This document shows positions 50,922 through 61,833 of a stretch of 64,000 bases of DNA, piece after piece. The position numbers were made by a program, and so were the translations under genes. How positions within the stretch are numbered: the stretch's first letter is position 1; each line of letters starts with the position of its first letter. The DNA is taken from the NCBI GenBank assembly GCA_024742455.1, contig JANSYL010000012.1:17849-81848 (forward strand), in the 5' to 3' direction. The notes below the pieces were generated by a model. That model was not told where the DNA came from, did not search any database, and saw nothing but the letters and a program-made list of their open reading frames with translations. Origin of the DNA: Paracoccaceae bacterium. GTDB lineage: Bacteria > Pseudomonadota > Alphaproteobacteria > Rhodobacterales > Rhodobacteraceae.

Positions 50922-51987
50922 CCCGCTGCCTCCCGGCAGCACCGTGGGCATCCTGGGCGGCGGTCAACTGGGCCGGATGCTGGCGATGGCCGCCGCGCGA
51001 CTGGGGCTGAAAACCCATATCTTCGAACCGGGGCCCGCCCCCGCCGCCGATGTCGCCCATCGCTGGACGCAGGCGCCCTATGACGACGACGCCGCGCTCG
51101 ATGCCTTTGCTGCCGATTGCGATGTCATCACGTTCGAGTTTGAAAACATCCCGGCCAAGGCGCTGGACCGGCTCGCAGGTGCGAAACCGATCTTTCCGCG
51201 TCCGAACGCGCTGGAGGTCAGCCAGGACCGGCTGACCGAGAAACGATTCCTGATGGAACAGGGCCTGTCCACCGCCCCCTTCGCCCCCATCGACGGGCCA
51301 GTGGACCTGCCCGAGGCACTGGCAGCCACGGGCCTGCCCGCGATCCTGAAAACCCGGCGCTTTGGCTATGACGGCAAGGGCCAGGCCCGGGTGACGGACA
51401 TGGACGGGGCCGGGGCCGCACTCGCAGAGCTGAACGGCGCGCCCGCCATCGCCGAAGGCGTCGTGCCCTTCCTGTCGGAAATCAGCGTCATCGCCGCGCG
51501 GGGGCAGGACGGGCAGGTGGCCGTCTACGACCCCGGCGAAAACGTCCACGTGGGCGGCATCCTGTTCACCACCACCGTCCCCGCCGCCCTGCCCGCCCGG
51601 CGCAGGACCGACGCGGTGCTGATCGCGTCCCGCATCCTGACCGCGCTCGATTACGTGGGCGTCATGGGGGTGGAACTGTTCGTGACACCCACCGCCCTGA
51701 TCGTGAACGAGATCGCACCACGCGTGCACAATTCCGGCCACTGGACGCAGGCGGGCTGCGCCGTCGACCAGTTCGAACAGCATATCCGCGCGGTCGCGGG
51801 GTGGCCCCTTGGCGATGGCACGCGGTATGCGGATGTGGTGATGGAAAACCTGATCGGTGACGATGTCGCCCGCGCCCTGACCGCCGCTGCCGATCCGCAC
51901 ATCCAGGTCCACCTCTATGGCAAGGCCGAGGCGCGGCCGGGTCGCAAGATGGGCCACCTGAACCGGATCACCGGCCCCGCCCCCTGA
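50914..51987 (+). CDS. purK: 5-(carboxyamino)imidazole ribonucleotide synthase
   Basis: Has the N-terminus [13 protein letters not shown] and an ATP-grasp fold. The ATG at 50914 overlaps the purE stop (GTGATGACTGA). Confidence 0.93.
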   Translation: MTDPLPPGSTVGILGGGQLGRMLAMAAARLGLKTHIFEPGPAPAADVAHRWTQAPYDDDAALDAFAADCDVITFEFENIPAKALDRLAGAKPIFPRPNALEVSQDRLTEKRFLMEQGLSTAPFAPIDGPVDLPEALAATGLPAILKTRRFGYDGKGQARVTDMDGAGAALAELNGAPAIAEGVVPFLSEISVIAARGQDGQVAVYDPGENVHVGGILFTTTVPAALPARRRTDAVLIASRILTALDYVGVMGVELFVTPTALIVNEIAPRVHNSGHWTQAGCAVDQFEQHIRAVAGWPLGDGTRYADVVMENLIGDDVARALTAAADPHIQVHLYGKAEARPGRKMGHLNRITGPAP

Positions 51988-52050
51988 CGATTGCAAAGAA
52001 TCTGTTACACTGGCTTGGCACCGTCACCGGACCGTCGGAGGGGGATCGCC

Positions 52051-52647
52051 ATGGACAATGTCGTCTATATCGCCGCTGCCATCGTCGCGCTGCCCGGCGC
52101 GGTGCTGAGCGGGCTTCTTGTCTTCAACCTGGTCCGTCCCTCGGGCTTCTGGCCCGCCGACCCCGGCTGGCGGCGCGACCTGACGCTGTGGCTGTTCCGG
52201 GCCTATGCCTTCGGGATGGTCGGCGTGGCGGGCGTGGCGCTCTGGGTCTGGGGCCTGGGCCAATGGCCGCGCTACGCCATAGGCCTGCCGATGATGGGCG
52301 GGGCCTATGCCCTGTCGCTTTGGGCCTACAAGGGGCTTGGCAAGGACAATACCTATTTCGGCAGCGACGGGTTGGTGACGGTCGGGCTTTACGCCTATTC
52401 GCGCAACCCGGGCTATGTCGCCTCACTGGCCGCGGCGCTCGGTCTTGCGGTCGTGGCCGGGTCGGTGATCGTGCTGGCGCTCGCGGGCGGGCTTCTGGCG
52501 ATCTATTTCCTGTTCGCCCTGAACGAGGAACGCTGGCTGGCCAAGGGCTACGGCACCGCCTTCCTGCGTTATATGGTCGACACACCGCGTTTCGTGGACG
52601 CGCGGACCGTGGCCCGCGCACGCGAGGATTTGCTGACCCGGCTTTGA
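52051..52647 (+). CDS. Isoprenylcysteine carboxyl methyltransferase (ICMT/PEMT-like) family membrane protein
   Basis: Has multiple TM helices plus the GLYAYSRNPGY and NEERWLAKGYGTAFLRYMVDTPRF motifs. Confidence 0.75.
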   Translation: MDNVVYIAAAIVALPGAVLSGLLVFNLVRPSGFWPADPGWRRDLTLWLFRAYAFGMVGVAGVALWVWGLGQWPRYAIGLPMMGGAYALSLWAYKGLGKDNTYFGSDGLVTVGLYAYSRNPGYVASLAAALGLAVVAGSVIVLALAGGLLAIYFLFALNEERWLAKGYGTAFLRYMVDTPRFVDARTVARAREDLLTRL

Positions 52648-52663
52648 TCCCGGGCCGCGCGTT

Positions 52664-53587
52664 TTACAGGGCCAGGTTCGGGATGATCTGCTTTTTCCGG
52701 CTGACCACACCCGGCAGCACCACCTGGTCGGCCTCCCCCACCACGGTGGCAAAGCTTTTTTCGGCCACCGTTTTCACAAGATCATTGGGGACCAGCAGCG
52801 TCGCTTCCTCGTTCAGGATATCAACGACGAACAGCAGCACCTGATCGACGCCGTCCTCTTCGGCGACCTTCGGCATCGCGGCGACCAGGGCATCCTTGCG
52901 CGCCAGAACGGTGTCGGGCGAGGTCGTCTCCAGCACGCTGACGCGGAAGGATTTGCCACCGACCTCGTATTCCTTGGAATCCATCCGCAGCAACTCGGCC
53001 TCGGAAAACGCCGACACGTCCGATTTCGCCGCGAACATGTCGGTCGCATAGGTCGGGATGTCGATCTTCAGATCCTCGGCCAGCGCATGGGCGATGGCCT
53101 CGTCTTCCTGCGTGGTGGTGGGCGACCGGAACTCCAGCGTGTCCGACAGGATGCAGGTCAGCATCGCGCCCTTCACCCATGCGGGCGCCTGCGCCATGTC
53201 CTTGCCGATCATCTTCCACATCAGCGTCGCGGTGCAGGCCACGGGTTCGATGCGGATGTCGATGGGCCCCTTGGTTTCCAGCCCGCCGACCAGCTTGTGA
53301 TGATCAATGATCTGCCGAATATCGGCATTATTGATCCCATCGGGCAGTTCGGCGGGGTTGTTGGTGTCGACGATCACGACCGGCTGTCCGGCTTCGACCC
53401 CGTCGATGATGCGCGGCTTGTCGATCGACCACTTCTCCAGCAGGAACGCGGCTTCGGTGTTCGGCTCGCCCAGCAGAACCGCCTCGGCCGGCTGGCCCTT
53501 CACCTCGCTCAGATACCACGCCCAGATCAGCGGCGATCCGGTCGAGTCGGTGTCGGGGGATTTATGGCCGAAGACGAGGGTGGTCAT
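52664..53587 (-). CDS. ppaC: Manganese-dependent inorganic pyrophosphatase (family II, DHH)
   Basis: Has the FGHKSPDTDS, IVDTNN and DHH (IIDHHK) motifs and a DHHA2 C-terminal domain. Confidence 0.9.
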   Translation of the reverse strand: MTTLVFGHKSPDTDSTGSPLIWAWYLSEVKGQPAEAVLLGEPNTEAAFLLEKWSIDKPRIIDGVEAGQPVVIVDTNNPAELPDGINNADIRQIIDHHKLVGGLETKGPIDIRIEPVACTATLMWKMIGKDMAQAPAWVKGAMLTCILSDTLEFRSPTTTQEDEAIAHALAEDLKIDIPTYATDMFAAKSDVSAFSEAELLRMDSKEYEVGGKSFRVSVLETTSPDTVLARKDALVAAMPKVAEEDGVDQVLLFVVDILNEEATLLVPNDLVKTVAEKSFATVVGEADQVVLPGVVSRKKQIIPNLAL

Positions 53588-53693
53588 GGGCGGTCTCTCA
53601 CCAAATTGCAGAAATCGCGCGCCACCTAGCAGCGCCGGCGTCCCTTGTCACCCGGTCAGGCGGATGGGCGGAAAAAACCGCGCCGTGCGGCTG

Positions 53694-53722
53694 TTGACAG
53701 ACTGTCGCAGCATGCCTATCTG
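53694..53722 (+). promoter_or_regulatory. Sigma-70-type promoter of groESL
   Basis: TTGACA (53694-53699), a 17-nt spacer and TATCTG (53717-53722) sit immediately upstream of the CIRCE element. Confidence 0.6.
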
Positions 53723-53730
53723 CCGCTTCG

Positions 53731-53757
53731 TTAGCACTCATCGAGACCGAGTGCTAA
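53731..53757 (+). promoter_or_regulatory. CIRCE operator (HrcA binding site)
   Basis: TTAGCACTC-ATCGAGACC-GAGTGCTAA is a perfect match to the CIRCE consensus TTAGCACTC-N9-GAGTGCTAA, 40 nt before the groES ATG. Confidence 0.95.
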
Positions 53758-53796
53758 CGGGAGAGACACACGAACCCTGAGAGGAGAGTTCGACAG

Positions 53797-54108
53797 ATGG
53801 CATTCAAACCGCTGCACGACCGTGTTCTGGTCCGCCGTATCGAATCCGACGAAAAGACCAAGGGCGGTCTGATCATTCCTGACAGCGCCAAGGAAAAGCC
53901 TTCCGAAGGCGAAATCATCGCCGTCGGCGAAGGCGCCCGCAAGGATTCCGGCGAGCTGATCGAGATGGCCGTCAAACCCGGCGACCGTATCCTGTTCGGC
54001 AAATGGTCCGGCACCGAGATCACCCTGGATGGCGAGGAACTTCTGATCATGAAGGAATCCGACATTCTCGGCGTGATCACCGATAAGGCTGCCGCCGCGG
54101 CCGCCTGA
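53797..54108 (+). CDS. groES: Co-chaperonin GroES
   Basis: [35 protein letters not shown] is the canonical GroES sequence. Confidence 0.98.
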   Translation: MAFKPLHDRVLVRRIESDEKTKGGLIIPDSAKEKPSEGEIIAVGEGARKDSGELIEMAVKPGDRILFGKWSGTEITLDGEELLIMKESDILGVITDKAAAAAA

Positions 54109-54138
54109 AGGCCCCGCGTGATCGTCGACAACAGTTAA

Positions 54139-55800
<1,662 letters not shown>

Positions 55801-55803
55801 GCA

Positions 55804-55828
55804 GCGAATTGGCGTAGAGCCAATTCGC
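55804..55828 (+). other. Stem-loop immediately after the groEL stop, with no U-tract
   Basis: The 9-bp stem GCGAATTGG/CCAATTCGC has a 7-nt loop. Confidence 0.4.
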
Positions 55829-55919
55829 GCGCATCCGACAGGCTCTTTCGCCAAAAGGCGGAAGATGCCGATAGGACAAGACTTTTTCGCCTCGGCGAAA
55901 AAGTCGTAACCCGTCAGTG

Positions 55920-55949
55920 CAAAGGGGCCTTCGGGCCCCTTTGTCATGA
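55920..55949 (+). terminator. Terminator-like GC hairpin 1 downstream of groEL
   Basis: The stem CAAAGGGGCC/GGCCCCTTTG has a TTCG loop. The U-tract (the TTTG that closes the stem) is short. Confidence 0.5.
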
Positions 55950-56046
55950 GAGGGAAAGGCGACTTCGCTTCGCGAAGTCTGCCTGGTGGCGGCAGGCTCT
56001 TTCACTTGCGAAAGATGCCGAGAGCCACACGGTTGAAAGTAAAGTG

Positions 56047-56079
56047 CAAAGGCCCCTCCCAGGGGCCTTTGTCGTTTCC
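56047..56079 (+). terminator. Terminator-like GC hairpin 2 downstream of groEL
   Basis: The stem CAAAGGCCCC/GGGGCCTTTG has a TCCCA loop and is followed by TCGTTTCC. Confidence 0.5.
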
Positions 56080-56316
56080 GGCTCGCACCAAAACGCGGAA
56101 TAAAGGCCGCAGGCCGCCGCGCATCGTGTCGCCATTATTGCTCAAACCAATGGCGCAACAATGGCGACCGCCCCCGCGGACCGGCTATTTGCCAGCCAAG
56201 TGCGCATAGGAATGGCGTTGTCGGTGACGGTTGCGATAAAGTGCACTGAACACCTGCCCCATCGCCGATCCGCGGCCCGTCGAAGCCCGGCACAACGCTT
56301 CACGCAACTCCTTCCC

Positions 56317-56661
56317 ATGTCCGCCAAAGACCCCCGCCGCGCCCTCATGCTGCCCCTGCCCCGGCCGTGGCGTCGCGCCCTGCGTGCCCTCGCGCGCGGC
56401 GGGTCCCTCGCCGATCAGGTCCGCCGTATCGCGCAGGCGGACCTGCCCAAGGCTTGCGATCTGTGCATCGCACCGCAAGGCACGCCCCTCCCCCTCCAGC
56501 TGCCCCGACAGCTGCGCGCCGACCTCACCGCACTGGCGACTGCCTGGAACCGCGACGACATCTACGTCCTGACCCAGATCCTCGCCGCCCGCCTTACCCC
56601 GCCTCTGGCATCGGGCGGCGCGATGGCCGACAAGGGGGCCGGCGGCAAGGAAGGGGATTAG
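56317..56661 (+). CDS. Hypothetical 114-aa protein, possibly two tandem ribbon-helix-helix-like segments
   Basis: GC3 is high from the ATG at 56317, while the upstream part of the track ORF has low GC3. The stop lies 3 nt before the next gene. Two similar segments occur: LMLPLPRPWRRALRALARGGSLADQVRRIA and LPLQLPRQLRADLTALATAWNRDDIYVLTQIL. The competing 311-aa minus-strand ORF was rejected. Confidence 0.45.
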   Translation: MSAKDPRRALMLPLPRPWRRALRALARGGSLADQVRRIAQADLPKACDLCIAPQGTPLPLQLPRQLRADLTALATAWNRDDIYVLTQILAARLTPPLASGGAMADKGAGGKEGD

Positions 56662-56664
56662 GAC

Positions 56665-57513
56665 ATGGAGCGCATCGGCATCATCGGGTTGGGCCGCATG
56701 GGCAGCGCCATGGCGCAACGCTACGCCGGTCAGGGCGTGCCCGTCACCGGCTGGACGCGCAGCGGCCGGGCGGTGGACGGGGTGCCTGCTGCCCCCGATC
56801 TGGCGACACTGACCCGCGAAAGCGACGTGCTGATGCTGAGCCTGTTTGACGGGGACGCGGCGGCAGAAGCACTCGACGCGCTGCTCACCCTGCCCCTCGA
56901 CGGCAAGCTGATCGCCGAGACCAGCACCATCGTGCCAAGCGTTGTGAAAACCCGGGCCGACCGGATCGCGGCAGCAGGCGCCCAGATTGTCGATGCGCCC
57001 ATTTCCGGCGGACCGGAACTGGTGACCGCCGGACAATGCGGCGTCTTCATCGGTGGGGAGGCTGCCGCCGCCCAACGCGCCGAGCGCGCATGCAACCCCA
57101 TATCGAACCGCATCTTTCATGTCGGCCCGCTCGGCACCGGAATGGTGATGAAGACGATCAACAACGCGGTGATTCAGACCTACATTTCCGGCCTGGCCGA
57201 GCAGTTGCAGGTCGCCAGGGGCGGCGGTCTCGCCATTGAAACGGCGCTGACAATCCTGTGCGGTGGCCCCGGCGGCATCCCGTTGATCCGCGACCGGATT
57301 CCGAAAATCCTGGGCAAAGACGACAGCGTCGGATTCACGGTGTCAGGCATGTACAAGGACAATTCCGTTTTCCGTGCCGTGGCCAAGGAACTGGGCGTCG
57401 CAACCCCGACACTCGATCAGTTCGAAGGCTGGATCACGGCGGCGATCGCTGCAGGCCTGGAAGACGCTGACGGTGCCGCCATCCTGGCCCGTGCTTACCG
57501 GGCCCATGACTGA
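56665..57513 (+). CDS. NAD(P)-dependent oxidoreductase, 3-hydroxyisobutyrate / 6-phosphogluconate dehydrogenase-like
   Basis: Has the N-terminus IGIIGLGRMGSAMA, the mid-domain motif DAPISGGP, and the GTGMVMKTINN motif. Confidence 0.85.
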   Translation: MERIGIIGLGRMGSAMAQRYAGQGVPVTGWTRSGRAVDGVPAAPDLATLTRESDVLMLSLFDGDAAAEALDALLTLPLDGKLIAETSTIVPSVVKTRADRIAAAGAQIVDAPISGGPELVTAGQCGVFIGGEAAAAQRAERACNPISNRIFHVGPLGTGMVMKTINNAVIQTYISGLAEQLQVARGGGLAIETALTILCGGPGGIPLIRDRIPKILGKDDSVGFTVSGMYKDNSVFRAVAKELGVATPTLDQFEGWITAAIAAGLEDADGAAILARAYRAHD

Positions 57514-58648
57514 CCTGCAGCCCCTTCGCCTGACCGGGGCTCATGTTCTGCGCCCCGATGGCCTTGCGCGTGACGCAATCACCCTGGCCGATGGCCGGAT
57601 CACCGACGATGCCGCCCCCGAACGCGACCTGACCGGCTACATCCTTCTGCCCGGTATCGTCGATCTGCATGGCGACGGGTTCGAACGCCATCTCGCCCCA
57701 AGGCGCGGCGCGCTCGAAAGCCTCGACGCAGGTCTTCTGGGGCTGGACGCGGAACTGGCCGCTAACGGCATCACCACCGCGGTCCTGGCACAGTTCTTCT
57801 CGTGGGAGGGGGGCATGCGCGGCCCCGATTTCGCCGAACGGGTCGCCGAAGCGGTTTCCGGTTTCCGGGGGCTCACCGACCTGCGGATGCAGCTGCGGCT
57901 CGAGGTCAACATGGTCGAGGATTACCCCCGCGCGCTGGCCCTGGTCGAAGCCTTCGACATCCCCTTCCTCGTCTTTAACGACCACCTGCCCCATGACGCG
58001 CTGGCCTCCGGCAAGAAACCCCCCGGCCTGATCCCGCAGGCGCTCAAGGCCGCGCGCTCGCCCGAGGCGCATGAGGCCTATCTTCACGGGCTCCATGCCG
58101 GGCGCGACCGTGTGGCCACCGCCCTGCCGCCGCTCGCCGCAACGCTCAAGGCGCGCGGTGTCCGGCTCGGAAGCCATGACGACACCACTGCCGAAGACCG
58201 CGCACGGTATCGCGCCCTTGGGGCCGATATCGCCGAATTCCCCGAAACCCGCGCCGCGGCCGAGGCCGCCCATGCGGCGGGTGAACCGGTTCTGATGGGG
58301 GCCCCGAACGTCGTGCGCGGCGCGTCGCACAAGAAAAACCAGCCTGCGCGCGACCTGATCGAGGACGGGTTGGTCACCGCGCTTGTCTCGGATTACCACT
58401 ACCCCGCCCCGCACCGCGCGGCGCTGAAACTGATCGGGGACGGCATCGACTGGCCCACGGCCTGGGGCCTGATCTCCGGCGGCCCCGCTTCGGTTCTTGG
58501 GCTCGATGACCGGGGGCACCTGTCACCGGGCCTGCGCGCGGACCTGACGATTCTGAACGCGGACACCCGCATCATCGAGGGCACGATCGCCGCCGGTCGG
58601 ATCAGCTATCTCAGCGGCGGGCTGGCCGCGCGGATGGTGGCGTCATGA
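57506..58648 (+). CDS. PhnM-like metal-dependent amidohydrolase (alpha-D-ribose 1-methylphosphonate 5-triphosphate diphosphatase family)
   Basis: ILLPGIVDLHGDGFERHLAPRRG and the C-terminal SDYHYP are PhnM-family motifs as I recall them. The ATG overlaps the upstream stop (ATGACTGA). No other phn genes are in the window. Confidence 0.7.
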   Translation: MTDLQPLRLTGAHVLRPDGLARDAITLADGRITDDAAPERDLTGYILLPGIVDLHGDGFERHLAPRRGALESLDAGLLGLDAELAANGITTAVLAQFFSWEGGMRGPDFAERVAEAVSGFRGLTDLRMQLRLEVNMVEDYPRALALVEAFDIPFLVFNDHLPHDALASGKKPPGLIPQALKAARSPEAHEAYLHGLHAGRDRVATALPPLAATLKARGVRLGSHDDTTAEDRARYRALGADIAEFPETRAAAEAAHAAGEPVLMGAPNVVRGASHKKNQPARDLIEDGLVTALVSDYHYPAPHRAALKLIGDGIDWPTAWGLISGGPASVLGLDDRGHLSPGLRADLTILNADTRIIEGTIAAGRISYLSGGLAARMVAS

Positions 58649-59511
58649 TGCGCCTGGCCCTTCTCGTGGCGCTGGTGATGGTCGCCTTCGCCGCCAATTC
58701 GGTTCTCAACCGCATGGCCGTGGGCCCCGGGCTGATCGACGCGCTGGATTTCGCGGTGATAAGGGCCGCGGCCGGGGCCGGTATCCTTGCACTTCTGGTG
58801 ATGTGGCGGGGCGGATCGCTGCCGCTCACCACGCCGGGGCGGCATATCGGGGCGGCCACCCTGTCGATCTACCTGGTCGGTTTCTCACTGGCCTATACCG
58901 CCATCGACGCAGGCGTCGGTGCGCTGCTCCTGTTCGGGGCGGTGCAGATCACGATGTTCGCAGGCGGGCTGATCGGCGGCGAACGTCCCGGGCCCGCGCG
59001 ATGGATCGGCGCGGTTGTGGCCTTTGCCGGGCTGGCCTGGCTGGTCTGGCCCACCGAAACCGTCGCCCTGCCGGTCGCGGCCACCCTGTCGATGCTGGCC
59101 GCAGGTATCGGGTGGGGGATGTATTCCCTCGCCGGGAGGCGCGCGACCGATCCGCTGGCCGATACCGCCGCCAATTTCGCCTTTGCCACGCCGATCTGCG
59201 CCCTCGCGCTGGTCCTGCCGCTGACCCAGCAATCGGATGTCACGCTGCCCGGCGCGGGCCTTGCGATCATATCGGGGGCGATCACCTCGGGCCTCGGCTA
59301 CGCGCTCTGGTATGCGGTGCTGCCGCAGCTCAGGGCCTCGGCGGCGGGCCTCGTGCAGTTGTCGGTTCCCGTGATCGCGGCCCTCGGCGGTGTGGTGCTT
59401 CTGGCCGAACCGGTCAGCTGGCGCTTCGCCGGGGCGGCGGCGCTGGTGATCGGGGGGATCGCTTTCGGCCTTCTCGCGCCTCAGCGCACCAAAAGCTCCA
59501 GCGGATCATAG
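58645..59511 (+). CDS. DMT superfamily (EamA-like) transporter
   Basis: Has about 10 TM helices and duplicated EamA-type halves. It overlaps the upstream gene by 4 nt (ATGA). Confidence 0.8.
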   Translation: MMRLALLVALVMVAFAANSVLNRMAVGPGLIDALDFAVIRAAAGAGILALLVMWRGGSLPLTTPGRHIGAATLSIYLVGFSLAYTAIDAGVGALLLFGAVQITMFAGGLIGGERPGPARWIGAVVAFAGLAWLVWPTETVALPVAATLSMLAAGIGWGMYSLAGRRATDPLADTAANFAFATPICALALVLPLTQQSDVTLPGAGLAIISGAITSGLGYALWYAVLPQLRASAAGLVQLSVPVIAALGGVVLLAEPVSWRFAGAAALVIGGIAFGLLAPQRTKSSSGS

Positions 59512-59939
59512 ATCACCGTGTCACCCCATGCGGCCTCGGGCAGCGTATCGGGCTTGTAGCGCAGGTCGGCCATTTCCTCGCGCGTGACCAGCTTGCGCTC
59601 GGTAACGATGCCTTCAGGGTCGATCCAGTCCTTCGACAGGTCTCCCTCCTTCAGGGTGACGCGGAAATAGACATCCACCTGATGCATCCCGAATTCTGGC
59701 GCGTGGAACTCGTTGATCATGCAGGGAACGCCGACCTCGACGGTCAGGCCGGTTTCCTCGTGGAACTCGCGCACCAGGTTGTCGGGCAGGCTTTCATGCG
59801 GCCGCACCCCGCCGCCCGGCGCGCAGAGAAGGTCGCTCTGGTCATCGCCGAAGGCATTCACCAGAAGCAGCTTGTCGTCGATCATGAGGATACCCCGAAC
59901 GGCCAACCGGACGCGGGGGCGGATACCCAACTCGTTCAT
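59481..59939 (-). CDS. NUDIX hydrolase
   Basis: Has the Nudix box GGGVRPHESLPDNLVREFHEETGL. The start was set at MNELGIRPR. Its 3' end overlaps the convergent EamA gene by 31 nt. Confidence 0.85.
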   Translation of the reverse strand: MNELGIRPRVRLAVRGILMIDDKLLLVNAFGDDQSDLLCAPGGGVRPHESLPDNLVREFHEETGLTVEVGVPCMINEFHAPEFGMHQVDVYFRVTLKEGDLSKDWIDPEGIVTERKLVTREEMADLRYKPDTLPEAAWGDTVIYDPLELLVR

Positions 59940-60155
59940 GCGCGGCACACTGCATCGGAGGCGGGGTGTGGGCAAGGGGCGACGAAGGGGAAGCCGGCGG
60001 GTGGTGCGCGCTTGCCCATCCCGGCGAAACAGGTCCCCGGACAGGCGCAGCCCCGGGGCGATCCGGCCGTGCCGCGCCGCCAAAGACGGCGTGACGCAGC
60101 GTTCGTGTGGCTGTTGCGATCCATGACTGTGTAAATCCGACCCAAGGTGCCTTAG

Positions 60156-60896
60156 GTGACCCCCATGCGCCTGACCGCCCTTGCCCTCTTCACGCTTCTC
60201 GCAGCACCCGTGCCCGCGCAGGCAACCGAGTGCGTGATCCTGCTGCATGGGCTGGCGCGCACCCATGCCTCGCTGACCGTGATGGCCGAGGCGCTGTCGG
60301 CCGAAGGGTTCCGCGTGGTCAATCGCGGATACCCGTCCACCCGTGCCTCCATCGCTGACCTGTCGCCCGCCACGATCCAGCCCGCCATGGCCCATTGCGG
60401 TCATGACCGGACGCATTTCGTCACCCATTCGATGGGCGGCATCCTCGTGCGCTACTGGCTGGCCAATCACCGCCCGCCGAACCTGGGCCGGGTGGTCATG
60501 CTGGCGCCCCCCAACCAGGGGTCCGAACTTGTGGACGTGTTCGGCCCGCTGGACCCGTTCGAATGGGTCAACGGCCCGGCAGGGCGCGAGCTTGGCACCG
60601 ATCCGGACGCCGTGCCCAACACCCTGCCCCCGGTCGATTTCCCGCTTGGCGTGATCGCGGGTGACCGGACGCTGAACCCGATCTATTCGGCGATGATCCC
60701 CGGCCCTGACGATGGCAAGGTCAGCGTCTCCAACACCCGTGTCGATGGCATGACCGATCATATCGTGCTGCCGGTCACCCACACTTTCCTGATGAACAAC
60801 CCCATGGTCATCGGCCAGACCATCGCCTTCCTGCGCGACGGGGCCTTCGACCCCGAGATGGGGTTTTTCGGCGCGGTGGAAGAGATCATCGAATAA
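60156..60896 (+). CDS. Exported alpha/beta-fold hydrolase (esterase/lipase-like)
   Basis: Has the signal peptide [23 protein letters not shown], the oxyanion motif ILLHGL, and the nucleophile elbow THSMGG. Confidence 0.8.
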   Translation: MTPMRLTALALFTLLAAPVPAQATECVILLHGLARTHASLTVMAEALSAEGFRVVNRGYPSTRASIADLSPATIQPAMAHCGHDRTHFVTHSMGGILVRYWLANHRPPNLGRVVMLAPPNQGSELVDVFGPLDPFEWVNGPAGRELGTDPDAVPNTLPPVDFPLGVIAGDRTLNPIYSAMIPGPDDGKVSVSNTRVDGMTDHIVLPVTHTFLMNNPMVIGQTIAFLRDGAFDPEMGFFGAVEEIIE

Positions 60897-60960
60897 CCCG
60901 CTGGCCCCTGCGCCCGACGCGGCCTATCAGGCCCGCAAACCCGACCATCGGAGCATCCCC

Positions 60961-61833
60961 ATGACCCGCATCATCGAAAACCTGTCCGAGGTTGCGTCCA
61001 GTTACGACGCGGTCTTCTGTGACCTATGGGGCTGCCTGCATAACGGCATCACCGCCTATGCCGAGGCCGTCGCGGCGCTGGCAGACTACAAGGCGCAGGG
61101 CGGCACCGTCCTGCTGCTGACCAACTCGCCCCGCCCCCGCGCCTCGGTCGCGCGCCAACTGGAGCGGTTCGGCGTGCCCGAGGATGTCTGGGACGTGATC
61201 GCCACATCGGGCGACAGCGCACGGGCGGCGATGTTCCAGGGCGTGGTGGGCCGCAAGATCTGGTTCATCGGCGAAGACCACGATCAGCGGTTCTTCGAAA
61301 AGATGGACCTGGTCGCCGACCCGGTCGGGATCGAACAGGTCGATCTGAACGAGGCCGAAGGGATCGTCTGTACCGGCCCCTTCGACCCCAAGGCCGACCC
61401 GTCGGTGATGCGGCCGCAATTCCTGCTGGCCAAGACCCGCGGCCTGAAACTGCTTTGCGCCAATCCCGACATCGTCGTGGACCGGGGCGAGGACCGGGAA
61501 TGGTGCGCCGGTGCACTGGCCCGGCTTTACACCGAGATGGGGGGCGAAAGCCTGTATTTCGGCAAACCGCATCCGCCGATCTATGACCTGGCGCGCCGCC
61601 GCCTGGCCGAGATCGAAGCCCCGGCGCCCGATGACCGGATTCTCGCAATCGGCGACGGGCTGCACACCGATGTTCTGGGCGGGCTTGGTGAAAATCTCGA
61701 CACGCTGTTCATCACCGGCGGATTGTTGCGCGAGGAAACCGGAACCGATCATCAGCCCGACCCGTCTAAACTCGCCCGCGTTCTGACCGAGGCCCAGTTG
61801 GAGCCGACCTATGCCATGGGAATGCTGCGGTAA
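60961..61833 (+). CDS. HAD-superfamily class IIA hydrolase (TIGR01459-like)
   Basis: Has the motif I variant FCDLWGCLHNG, motif II LLLTNSPR, and C-terminal motifs KPHPPIY and GDGLHTD. Confidence 0.8.
   Translation: MTRIIENLSEVASSYDAVFCDLWGCLHNGITAYAEAVAALADYKAQGGTVLLLTNSPRPRASVARQLERFGVPEDVWDVIATSGDSARAAMFQGVVGRKIWFIGEDHDQRFFEKMDLVADPVGIEQVDLNEAEGIVCTGPFDPKADPSVMRPQFLLAKTRGLKLLCANPDIVVDRGEDREWCAGALARLYTEMGGESLYFGKPHPPIYDLARRRLAEIEAPAPDDRILAIGDGLHTDVLGGLGENLDTLFITGGLLREETGTDHQPDPSKLARVLTEAQLEPTYAMGMLR

Larger units (their letters stand above)
55839..56079. repeat. Modular intergenic repeat and hairpin array (two copies of each module)
   Basis: CAGGCTCTTTC occurs at 55839 and 55993. A(A/G)AGATGCCGA(T/G)AG occurs at 55861 and 56011. 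GACTT(TTT)CGC-loop-GCG(AAA)AAGTC hairpins lie at 55880-55905 and 55961-55979. GTGCAAAGG-led GC hairpins lie at 55917-55945 and 56044-56073. Confidence 0.7.

Noticed and set aside
56044-56073. Similarity of the second groEL-downstream hairpin (loop and stem containing CCCCTCCCA) to CcsR/cuckoo-type sRNAs with CCUCCUCCC loops.
   Set aside because: The full CCUCCUCCC motif is absent and most of the C-run is in the stem rather than the loop. There is also no DUF1127 gene upstream, which I recall as the usual context for that RNA family.
56185-57120. A 311-aa minus-strand ORF overlapping the small hypothetical gene and the dehydrogenase.
   Set aside because: The plus-strand dehydrogenase has a clear Rossmann N-terminus and family motifs. 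The plus-strand frames show strong GC3 bias and tight start/stop coupling, and the minus frame has no motifs.
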